From: a plasmid
Assembly: GCF_056746865.1 (NCBI RefSeq)
Contig: NZ_JBWKMP010000003.1
Reading direction: 5' to 3' (one strand)
DNA length: 64,000 bases
Shown here: one piece after another, positions 8,576 through 17,600 of the stretch
Layout: every line of letters starts with the position of its first letter
How positions within the stretch are numbered: the first letter of the stretch is position 1
Made by a program: the position numbers and the translations under genes
The notes under the pieces: model-generated
Told to the model about the DNA's origin: nothing
Databases searched by the model: none
The model's input: only the letters and a program-made list of their open reading frames with translations

Positions 8576-10261
8576 ATGGCAACGAAAGACAAAAACAAGG
8601 GCTTTCTGTCGGCATTGAAGAAAGCCTTCAGCGGTGGTGATGTTACGCCTGCCGATCCGGTCGTATTTGCGAGCGGGCATAGCGTCGTTGCTCGTTCTGG
8701 CCTGTCCGCCTTGCGTCCTGGCATCCTGGGGAGCAATAGCGATGGCATGACAAGCGCGGCGGATACTGTATCTATATCGGCAGAATTACCGAGTGACCGC
8801 CTGCAAAAATACAACATACTGGAGACGATGGCGAAAAGTCCGACTATCTCCACAGCATTAAACATTCACATTGCGCATTCTCTGGCTCCATCAAAAAAAA
8901 CAGGCCTCGCATTTATTCTCTCTCCGAAAAATGGGGCGGATAAGGAGGCTGTAAGTCGATGTGAGGAATTGACCGCTGATTTAAGCTCAATGATTAATGA
9001 TGGCCTGCCATCGTGGGCCATGATCATGGCTATTTTCGGTGTGTCGTATATCCGTCCATATGCAGAGCAAGGGAAGGGGATAACTGGAATTGAGTCGAGC
9101 TATTACACGCTCCCTCATTTCGTTCAGGAGTTTTATCGCGGTAGCCAACTTGTCGGATTCAGCGGTGATTATATTCTGGATACGCATACTTTGCGCAGAG
9201 TTATAACCGAACCGTGGAATCTGGTTTCCATGAAAAACCCGTACTGGACGCCTCAGCATAAAGTAATGCCAGTAACTTACGGCACTAAAGGCTATTCCTT
9301 GCTTAGTGAACAGCAGGACAAGCCGTTAATGGAGACGCAGAACTACGGTACGTCGTTTCTTGAATACAGTTATGAACCCTACCTGAATTTATGTGCCGCG
9401 CTTGCTGCGCTGAAAGCAACGCGAAACAACGCTGCAAAAATTGATCGCCTGATTGCACTCACAACGAACACGATAGATCCGGTAAACGCGGCGAATTATA
9501 CGCGCGGGGTCAGCCAGGCACTGAAGCGTCATAGCGACCTCGTAGCGCAACGGTCGATTAATTCTAATGCTCTCCCATCTGTACTTAACCATCTGATACC
9601 CGTCATGGGGGATGGGAAGAACGGGATCACCATTGATACGCAATCTATACCCGCAGATATCAGTGGTATCGAAGACGTTATGTTTCATCTCCGACAGCTC
9701 GCGGCAAGCCTCGGTATTGACGCAACAATGCTTGGCTGGGCTGATCAGATGAGTGGTGGACTTGGAGAAGGCGGTTGGCAGCAAACAGCTATCCAGGCCG
9801 CCTTACGCGCGAACTGGATCAGACAGGCCGCCCAGCGGACTATTTATCGGCTTCATGACATTCACCTCGCTTATAAATACGGGAAGGTTTACACCGAAAA
9901 AAACCGTCCTTATGACGTGCAATTCAACTCAATGAACACAGCTATCCAGGAAGAGGAAAACCGAGAGCTGGATGCGCGCGCCAACTTCGTAGCTGTCATC
10001 TCGCAAATAATGGACCAGATCCAGAACAACCCGAAACTGGCGGGTAGCGACGCGTTTATGCGTTATCTGTTCACCGAACAGCTTCGTATCGACGATGACA
10101 CTCTCAACGTAATGATCCAAGAGTTTAAGGCGAATGAATCAGAGCAAAACAACGAGCATGGTATGTACGAATCCGCGCCGTTGTCGTCCGGTGACGATCC
10201 GGAAAACTGGACGCAAGAACAATTAATCAACTTTGCAAAATTTGTGATGAGCAATAATTAA
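8576..10261 (+). CDS. Portal protein candidate (P1 Prt-like)
   Basis: 561 aa directly upstream of the protease/scaffold-like gene. Order matches the P1 prt-pro pair. No motif check was possible. Confidence 0.55.
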   Translation: MATKDKNKGFLSALKKAFSGGDVTPADPVVFASGHSVVARSGLSALRPGILGSNSDGMTSAADTVSISAELPSDRLQKYNILETMAKSPTISTALNIHIAHSLAPSKKTGLAFILSPKNGADKEAVSRCEELTADLSSMINDGLPSWAMIMAIFGVSYIRPYAEQGKGITGIESSYYTLPHFVQEFYRGSQLVGFSGDYILDTHTLRRVITEPWNLVSMKNPYWTPQHKVMPVTYGTKGYSLLSEQQDKPLMETQNYGTSFLEYSYEPYLNLCAALAALKATRNNAAKIDRLIALTTNTIDPVNAANYTRGVSQALKRHSDLVAQRSINSNALPSVLNHLIPVMGDGKNGITIDTQSIPADISGIEDVMFHLRQLAASLGIDATMLGWADQMSGGLGEGGWQQTAIQAALRANWIRQAAQRTIYRLHDIHLAYKYGKVYTEKNRPYDVQFNSMNTAIQEEENRELDARANFVAVISQIMDQIQNNPKLAGSDAFMRYLFTEQLRIDDDTLNVMIQEFKANESEQNNEHGMYESAPLSSGDDPENWTQEQLINFAKFVMSNN

Positions 10262-10274
10262 CCGGAGGGAAATA

Positions 10275-11273
10275 ATGCAATCACTGAATACCGTTACGGA
10301 TCGCTTCTCCCTGGTAGAGAAAATCCGCAAACACACACCTCAGAACAATCGCAATTACGTTATCCAGTCGGTACGAGACACATTCAACTCGCCAGAAACA
10401 AAAGAGCGTATCGCACTGGGTGAGATGTATGGTTATTACGGTCATGGTCGCCGGGCGATGCACTATAACAAAACGAAAAGCCTGGACTTGCCGGAAGTCT
10501 CTGTTGTGATGGTAGATGGGAAGCCTGTTGTATTGGAGAACGTGCCGTCAAACAGGACTATCGACATTTCAATTGACGACAACGGCATTGTTACCCATAC
10601 ACAGGAAATACTGGATACGGACACCGGACGTATTGTTCAGGGTATGATTAATTCTGGCGCAGGTGGTTGGTCATGGGCTACATCTGGTCCAGATTACTCT
10701 GTATCCCTGGTAAAGTCTTTTCACGGTTTTGATTACGTAACTGTGCCTAACTATATCAGCCTCGACAAGAAAAGCCTGATGCTTGAATCAGCAGAAGAAC
10801 GCGACGCGGCGATTCATGCGGCACTTATCGAACAAGGTTTTACCGATAATGCTGCTACGGATCTGGTTCACCACTTTTCAGCAATGAAGAGTCAGCAAGC
10901 CATATTCGAATCAGCACAACGTGAAGTTCTGGAGTCGGAACTGATACATCTTGAAGTGGAAAATATGCAGCTTCGCGACAAACTACGCGACCAGGCCGCG
11001 ATGATGGAAAGCCAGGGGGAGAACGCGAAGAAATGCCGCCGTATTTTGCGTGATGCTATCCAGGAAATGCCTGTTTTTATCAGCGCAGAACAGCGCCGGG
11101 CGCTCTGCCGTATGCAGTCAGAGGATGATGCACGCATTGTCGCAGCGATGCTTGAATCCCTGGGGGCTAATGCCACTTATGGTCTGCCAATATCAGCCAA
11201 TAAACAACAAGAAATACCGGTGAAAGAGAACAAGACGGTGACTCCGCTGATCTTTGTGTCTAAGAGGATGTGA
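10275..11273 (+). CDS. Head maturation protease / scaffold candidate (P1 Pro-like)
   Basis: 332 aa with SD GGAGGG. The C-terminal third is coiled-coil and Q/E-rich, like scaffold domains. Follows the portal gene. Confidence 0.45.
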   Translation: MQSLNTVTDRFSLVEKIRKHTPQNNRNYVIQSVRDTFNSPETKERIALGEMYGYYGHGRRAMHYNKTKSLDLPEVSVVMVDGKPVVLENVPSNRTIDISIDDNGIVTHTQEILDTDTGRIVQGMINSGAGGWSWATSGPDYSVSLVKSFHGFDYVTVPNYISLDKKSLMLESAEERDAAIHAALIEQGFTDNAATDLVHHFSAMKSQQAIFESAQREVLESELIHLEVENMQLRDKLRDQAAMMESQGENAKKCRRILRDAIQEMPVFISAEQRRALCRMQSEDDARIVAAMLESLGANATYGLPISANKQQEIPVKENKTVTPLIFVSKRM

Positions 11274-11286
11274 GCTAAAAGCTAGC

Positions 11287-11300
11287 TTAATTTTCTAACA
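11287..11300 (-). promoter_or_regulatory. Operator half-site TTAATTTTCTAACA (C1-type operator candidate)
   Basis: Member of the 18-copy motif family. Lies upstream of the RepL-like gene. Confidence 0.6.
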
Positions 11301-11387
11301 CAGTGTGTTTTTATACACTGTTGATCCGACGGCACGTGATCGAGTAGGATCGCGGTCACTGCTCCGGTAGCGACTGCCAAAAAAAGC

Positions 11388-11412
11388 AAAAGCCGCTGAG
11401 TAGCGGCTTTTG
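11388..11412 (+). terminator. Intrinsic terminator after the head operon
   Basis: AGCCGCT-GAGT-AGCGGCT followed by TTTTGGG. Confidence 0.7.
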
Positions 11413-11472
11413 GGTGTATAAATCCACTGGCATAGATTTATACGGTAGATAGATTTTTCACGGAACTATCTG

Positions 11473-12435
11473 GTGAGTATTTTAAATTCAGTTTCAGTTA
11501 CTTTCAACACTTCTGAGTATAAAAACAACACTGAATACCACAAAAAAATCAAAGGTCATCAGTTGAGTTTTTTTGCTCGTCATAGCGGTTTTCTTTCCCC
11601 TTCACATAGCGCCATTATTGCCGAGTTCGCCAACCTGGCCGGAGCTACCGATGAATACATGATCCGTCGCTCATATGCGGATATGTCCGAGATTACAGGA
11701 CGCAGTATTTCTACTGTGCGCCGGGCATTTGCCGAAGCGACGAAGTGCGGAATGCTTGTTAAACAGCATCAGGTAGCGAATAACAATGCTCAGGTGTGTA
11801 ACGTGTACCGGTTTACAACACAATTTCTCCACTTCATTCATGTAGCAATGGAGATAGGGAGTAAGCAGGGCATCAAATTTGCCAACGCCACAAAACTGGT
11901 TAAGCAGTTGATTTCAAAGGTTCGTTATTTTTTTGAAACTGGGAACCCCCTGTTCAAATTGAACAAGTCCCCCCATGTTCAAAATGAACAGCCAATAGAA
12001 AATAAGAGTCACTCTATAGCCAAAAGAAGAGAAAGATCATGCGCGGTTCAGCCAAAGGCTTCACCAGCAGATAGTTCTCAAGCGGATAATGGGGGGCTGG
12101 ATAAAAAACCAGTAATCAGGGAAGAACATACCAACCACTGCCTGGCGGCGGCAAAAGCGAGAGCTGCAAAGCGTCGTTCAGATGAGGGGCACGCAAAACG
12201 GCAGGCTCTGTATCGTACCGCTGAAAAGCTGGCAAAAAAATTTGCATGGATACGTAGTGCCGCTACAGCAGTGAATAAGCCTAAACAATCCAGTGCCCTG
12301 GATTTCTCAATGGATTATTCTGGCTCCCAGGGGTGTGCAACCATTTGTGAAGCCTTTGACCTGATGAAACAGCGTGGCTATCGGTCTGAATTTGACCGGG
12401 AAGACTGGTCAATTCCGGAGGGCTTTCGGGGATGA
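11473..12435 (+). CDS. Winged-helix DNA-binding protein, candidate RepL-type lytic replication initiator
   Basis: GTG start, 320 aa. wHTH-like segment MSEITGRSISTVRRAFAEATKCGMLV. Operator upstream (as with P1 Op53-kilA-repL) and internal palindromic repeats. Confidence 0.4.
   Translation: MSILNSVSVTFNTSEYKNNTEYHKKIKGHQLSFFARHSGFLSPSHSAIIAEFANLAGATDEYMIRRSYADMSEITGRSISTVRRAFAEATKCGMLVKQHQVANNNAQVCNVYRFTTQFLHFIHVAMEIGSKQGIKFANATKLVKQLISKVRYFFETGNPLFKLNKSPHVQNEQPIENKSHSIAKRRERSCAVQPKASPADSSQADNGGLDKKPVIREEHTNHCLAAAKARAAKRRSDEGHAKRQALYRTAEKLAKKFAWIRSAATAVNKPKQSSALDFSMDYSGSQGCATICEAFDLMKQRGYRSEFDREDWSIPEGFRG
11951..11990. repeat. Two tandem palindromes TGTTCAAATTGAACA / TGTTCAAAATGAACA, each preceded by a C-run
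   Basis: At 11951-11965 and 11976-11990, inside the RepL-like ORF. Candidate origin or protein-binding repeats. Confidence 0.5.
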
Positions 12436-12492
12436 TGTTGCGATTGACTGTACAATAACCGTGCGGCGGGAATTTCATCGCTCGAAAATGTA

Positions 12493-12521
12493 TGTTAGGA
12501 AATTAAATTGATGTTTCTAAT
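12493..12521. promoter_or_regulatory. Inverted operator pair TGTTAGGAAATTAA-a-TTGATGTTTCTAAT
   Basis: Bivalent operator upstream of immI-like module 1, analogous to P1 Op51. Confidence 0.6.
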
Positions 12522-12724
12522 CAAGAATGTATGATTTACATTGTCACTAAAAAACAGCATTTGATAAAAATTCTGTTGATCTTTCTAATGTTCAGGCTTA
12601 TATTCATGCCGTCGTAGCAAATTCTGCGACCAGGTTTGACAGCCTGAATACTTACGCGGACAACCGCACATTTCCGATATTGCGGTATTTTTGTGTCCGT
12701 AAAACCACGTTACGCCCGAATTAT

Positions 12725-12799
12725 GGTGGGGCGTGATGGGGAGGCTTCGGCCTGCTGGTTTCGTAAGTGCCAGTCTGTCAACCCTGTCACGTCCTGCCA
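12725..12799 (+). ncRNA. c4: C4-type antisense immunity RNA, copy 1
   Basis: A 14-17 bp terminal helix (GGGGCGTGATGGGG / CCCTGTCACGTCCT with four G.U pairs) is followed by GCCA. Inside are a UUCG hairpin, a loop containing TCGTAAGT (b') and unpaired CTGTCAA (a'). These complement ACTTACGA (12833-12840, overlapping the icd SD) and TTGACAG (12805-12811). Confidence 0.65.
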
Positions 12800-12850
12800 C
12801 CTGTTTGACAGCGGGTCGCAGGTTGTTTATCAACTTACGAGGCCGTAACT

Positions 12851-13075
12851 ATGGTTAATGCCAATCATTGCTCACGTCCAGAATTCATCTGGCGTTTCCA
12901 CTCCCTGCAAAAACATTGTGATCACTTCGCAATTGCCGCAACTGAAAAAGAAGCCCGTTCTCTGATCCCTGATCAGTATGGCGTTCTCACTGGTCGTTTC
13001 TCTACTTCCCCACAACCAAACACTAATCCCTGGTATCGCAATATTACCAATCCCGGCATTGCGGAGGCTCACTGA
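12851..13075 (+). CDS. icd: Icd-like protein (host cell-division inhibitor family), copy 1
   Basis: 74 aa with the FIWRF..AATEKEARS motif typical of Icd-like proteins. TGATG overlap with the antirepressor gene, as in P1 icd-ant. Confidence 0.7.
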   Translation: MVNANHCSRPEFIWRFHSLQKHCDHFAIAATEKEARSLIPDQYGVLTGRFSTSPQPNTNPWYRNITNPGIAEAH

Positions 13076-13782
13076 TGGATATCTGCATTCTCGAAAAACT
13101 ATCAATGACCAGCATTGAGATTGCGGAGCTGGTGGGAAGTCAACACTCTGACGTTAAACGTAGTATTGAGCGTATGGTTGCTCGAAGCATTATCCGAAAA
13201 CCGCCAATGGCTGTTTTCGAAAAAATCAATAACTTAGGATTGCGTCGTGGCGTTGAGGCTTACGTCTTCGAAGGCGAGCAAGGCAAACGAGACAGCATTA
13301 TTGTCGTTGCGCAGCTCTCTCCCGAATTCACCGCCCGGCTGGTGGACCGCTGGCGCGAACTGGAAGAACAAGTACGCCAGCCGTTGACCGAAATAGAGAT
13401 GATCGCTGCAATGGCTGCGAATGCAGTTCAGCAGCAAAAGCGGCTTCATGCTGTTGAGTCAAAGGTTAGCCAGGTCGCTGAAACCGTCGAGCAGATCAAG
13501 AAAGGCAACATACCAGAAGGCTACATTGGCTACCGCCAACTGGCGGCGAAATGCGGCCTGACTGAAGCCAAATGCCGTAACCTGGTCAACGCTTACCGGA
13601 TCCCCACAGATACGCATGAGTTTTTGACGCCAGAGGGGGTATTGTCGCGTCGTACTATTGTGGCCTTATCTCCCTTCATGAATGCCTTTACCCTGATGAT
13701 GTCGGAGGCTGAACACCGAGGAAAACGCTGGTATCACCCAAGGATGGGGCAATTCCAGGTAATCGGTTGGGGAGGCGAGTGA
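13075..13782 (+). CDS. Rha-family regulatory protein / antirepressor (Ant position), copy 1
   Basis: 235 aa. The N-terminus MTSIEIAELVGSQHSDVKRSIERM.. is the Rha domain pattern. Translationally coupled to icd. Confidence 0.75.
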   Translation: MDICILEKLSMTSIEIAELVGSQHSDVKRSIERMVARSIIRKPPMAVFEKINNLGLRRGVEAYVFEGEQGKRDSIIVVAQLSPEFTARLVDRWRELEEQVRQPLTEIEMIAAMAANAVQQQKRLHAVESKVSQVAETVEQIKKGNIPEGYIGYRQLAAKCGLTEAKCRNLVNAYRIPTDTHEFLTPEGVLSRRTIVALSPFMNAFTLMMSEAEHRGKRWYHPRMGQFQVIGWGGE

Positions 13783-13979
13783 TGGACATCATGCAGGCGG
13801 TAAAAAAAATCGGGGAAGGACAGGCTGAAGTGTGCCGCCGTAAAGCATGGAGTGTTGGTGTATGGGTCTGGCCTGATAATAGCTCTACTACTGGATGGTT
13901 TTGTATTAATGGATACCAGATCCGGGAAGTCGATTTATCGACGGCGGATGCAGTCGGTAATGATTGGATCGTAACTTGA
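13782..13979 (+). CDS. Small DUF2829 (Tad2-like)-type protein
   Basis: 65 aa from the ATG overlapping the Rha stop. Pattern ..RRKAWSVGVWVWP....DWIVT matches the C-terminus fused to the Rha paralogue at 55025-55966. Confidence 0.6.
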   Translation: MDIMQAVKKIGEGQAEVCRRKAWSVGVWVWPDNSSTTGWFCINGYQIREVDLSTADAVGNDWIVT

Positions 13980-13987
13980 AGTGTGAT

Positions 13988-14012
13988 GCCCCGGCTTGGC
14001 CGGGGCTTTTTT
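13988..14012. terminator. Bidirectional intrinsic terminator
   Basis: GCCCCGGC..GCCGGGGC followed by TTTTTT, between convergent genes. Confidence 0.75.
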
Positions 14013-14496
14013 ATGCCTCATTAGTTGAGGTTGCTGCGTCTCCGACTGGTAACAGAGCTGTATTGCGTGGTTCGCCAGCAGGCCAGCGATAGCCAGACAC
14101 TCTTGATGTTGGGAATGCGCGAATATTAACAGCATCCCCCTGGTTCCCACCCAAGACAAGCAGATCGCCATTGGCGCGGTGTCCGACAACAAAGCCTACA
14201 TGCCCACCGCCTGCGCGAGTAAATACAACGATACATCCGTATGCCGGTGTATCTAATTTCTCGCCCCAATCCAGATAGGATTTTGCCGACTCAAATCTTG
14301 TTGAGCGGATACCTACACGTTCCAGCATTGCACCAACAAATGCAGCGCACCACGGCGTTTCGTCGTCTTTAATTCCGCTGCGCTTAATATCCCGCCAGAA
14401 CTGAACGATCTCAGGATTGTGTTTCGCTCCTTTTATTTCGGTGACTCCAATATTTTTACGGGCCTCAATAAGCCAGCGAGGTTCAATGTTTGCCAT
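14011..14496 (-). CDS. NlpC/P60-CHAP-like peptidoglycan hydrolase (TIGR02594-type)
   Basis: 161 aa. ..ETPWCAAFV..(catalytic Cys context)..GGHVGFVVG.. is typical of this cell-wall hydrolase family. Confidence 0.7.
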   Translation of the reverse strand: MANIEPRWLIEARKNIGVTEIKGAKHNPEIVQFWRDIKRSGIKDDETPWCAAFVGAMLERVGIRSTRFESAKSYLDWGEKLDTPAYGCIVVFTRAGGGHVGFVVGHRANGDLLVLGGNQGDAVNIRAFPTSRVSGYRWPAGEPRNTALLPVGDAATSTNEA

Positions 14497-14633
14497 ATAT
14501 TTCTCCCGCTCATGGGTTAATAAGTAGGCAAACTATGGTGAGTATGTGATTTTGACGGTAGTGTCGTTCATCCCTGAAAATAACATTCTCCATACCCTCT
14601 CAAACCGAACCGCTTAAGGCGGATTTAACGGTT

Positions 14634-17600
14634 TTGAGGGGGCTTCCTTTGGACAAAATAATTGATTCAATTAGCCAGGCCACCAGCATTGGGGCGCTGA
14701 TTGAAATTGTTAGTCGGTTGCATAAACCGCGAGCTGTAGTGACCTTTGGCGTTAAGAAAGTCGATGGCGTCAGTATTCAGAAAACACGCCGGACAGCAAA
14801 CAACGCCGCAGTAGATCTTCTTAATTCCCTTCCGCCCGGCTTCGATGGAGCGAAATTAACTGACGAACAGCGTCAGATTCTTGCCGGGTATACCGGTGAA
14901 GGCGGCCTGACAGATGGTGAGGGCAGCCAATACGAATACTATACGCCACAGTTTATGGCAGAAGGTATATGGGATCTCTTCGGCGACTACGGTATTGATA
15001 GCGGTCACGTACTGGAACCGTCAGCAGGCACAGGTATTTTCCAGGAGACAAAACGGCAGGGCATGATAATGACCAGCGCCGAACTGTCTCCGATCTCCGG
15101 TCGAATAAACCAGCTTTTGCACCCGGAAGATGATGTGAATATCGGGGCGTTTGAGGCGCTGGCGGCGAAAGATGCAATGTATGACCACGCAGTTGGTAAC
15201 GTACCGTTTGGCGAAGGGCGTTCCGGCGTCGCCGGGCTTGATCCGGCATATGCAAACGAGAAGAACGTTGGCAATTATTTTGTGCTGCGCACGATCGACA
15301 AGGTTAAGCCTGGTGGGCTAATTGTATTGGTGGTGCCGAATGGCATGACCGATGGTACGAAATACAAAAAATTGCGCGATAAAGTCAGCCGTAAAGCGGA
15401 ATTTTTGGGCGCGCATCGTATGCCTTCTGGTACGTTCAGCGAATCCGGTACAGATACCGTGGTGGACGTATGGGTATTGCGTAAACACCCGGAAACCTTC
15501 CTGGAGATGATCCCCGACACGGATGATGCAACGCTCAAATCGGCAAACGTCCTTTGGGATACCTTCCTCAAAGGGAAATGGTTTACAACCGAAGGGAAGC
15601 GATTTGTTTACGGCGACATGGAACGCACCAGCTTCCGCAATACCCTGGTGGTGAAAAAGGACGGTCGTGTATCCAATGAGTCGATGAAAACCGCGTTATC
15701 ACGCCGCTTTGAAAGCCGTATTAATTGGGATTTGCTCGGAGTAACTACCCAGGCATGGCAGGGCGCAAAAGTAGGGGATAAGCGTCTTGTAGGCGGTATC
15801 TGGCATGAGTTTGATGGCCTGAAATGGGTTAAGGACACGACAACCAAATCCTCCGCGCTTGATGTAAGTCGATATGGTGTTTCGACGTTTGGCGATCTGC
15901 AGATCGCGTTCCAGTCAACAAACGGGATTCTGGCTTTGTCATGGGACCAGATATCGGCGATCGCGTCCGACTATCCATCGGTTGTCAGTGATGAAGTGGC
16001 AGCAATGATTCGCTTTGCTGGCAAACAGCGAGAAAAAGACAGGGAGCGCGTTATGCGCGGTGCGTTGATAGGGCAGTTGATCAACAAGGCACTTGATTTG
16101 CGTAACCTGGGGGTGAACGTTGATGACAAACTGGCAGATGCATCCCGCCTGGCGGCAGCAGAAGTTGCGAAGTATGGACCACCGCACGCGATTAAGCTGA
16201 ATGGGCTTGCTGAAGCTGGCGCTAAAAACTGGATGACGTTCACTGGCAATGTGAAACAGGATGGTTCCACTTCTGACCTTCTGGCAGGGCGACTTGATGT
16301 AACGGATGGTGCTGCCGGTATTGACTTTACACGTCCGGAACAAGTGATAGCACATCTTTTCAGTGATGTAGCCCTTAATCCTATAACGCTGGGCGACTTT
16401 CGTGAGGCGTTTGCTGGTGAACTGCCAGAGGACGACGACGCGGCCCTTGAATACCTGGCGAAATTTGATGATATCGCTATTGATGGGTATGGCTGCCTGC
16501 TGCCGATGGACCGCGCCACCAGCGGCGATATTGTAACCAAAACAGCATTGCTGGTGGGCTGGCGTGATGCATCAACAGGTGAGCAGAAAGCGAACTTTGA
16601 GCGTCAGTTGGCGAAAATCGAAGAGAAACGCATTTTCACGCCACTAAATAAAGTCACCGTTAATCTGAACGCCCGCTGGCTGGATCGCCGCTTGATAAAA
16701 GAGTTCCTGGCAGAGCAGGGCTATGACGAGTTTAAGTACACTGAACCTGATCTGAAGGTCGTCGATGGCATTCTGGTATCTCCGGACGATTACGAAGGTA
16801 AGGACGGGGTATTTACCGGCTATCAGCTACGAACCGTAAACGGCAAAAACGGGAATGAGTTCAAGAAGGCCAACAATAAAGACGGCTTCCTGAACCAGTT
16901 AGAAAACTACCTGAACGGTGTTAAACCGCGTGGGCAGAACGCTAACGAGTACCTGGATAAAATTGCTCAACTGGAAGTTAGCTTTAACGACTGGTTACGC
17001 ACCCACCCGCAGGCGGATCAGATAGCCCGTGACTATAACGACGCATTCAATGGCTTCATTCCGTTCACGCACTCTAACGCACCGCTTGGCCTGGAAGGGA
17101 TTAGTGGAAAGCGCATTCCTCTGACTTATCAGAATGAAGAAGTTCGTCGCTTGTCAGAAGATGGGCGCGGCATCATGGGATTTGGTACCGGGCTGGGTAA
17201 AACCACGACCGCGCTTGCGCTTGAGGCGTATAACTTCGAAACAGGTCGTACTAAACGCACGTGTATTGTTGTTCCGAAGGCGGTTTATCAGAACTGGTAT
17301 CACGAGGCACAGAGCTTCTACAGTGCTGATGCCTTCGCCAATATGATGTTTATCGGTCTGGATGAAGTTCGTGATGACAGCGGAAATATTCTGACCGCTC
17401 CGGTGCTTGATGAAAATGGCGAACCCCGCCTCGACAGTAACGGGCAGCCTCTTACCAGAAATGTTGTGAAAGAGTCCGCCAGCGCCGTTATCGTTCAGCG
17501 CATGAACATGATCCCGTCGTCAAATTGGCGAACGGTCATCATGACAAAAGAACAATTCGCGTCTATCCCGCTACGAGAAAAAACCATCGAGGAGAACTCA

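Noticed and set aside
8368-8865. 165-aa minus-strand ORF overlapping the portal gene start
   Set aside because: It overlaps the strongly supported + strand portal ORF and the hicA upstream region. No RBS was found.
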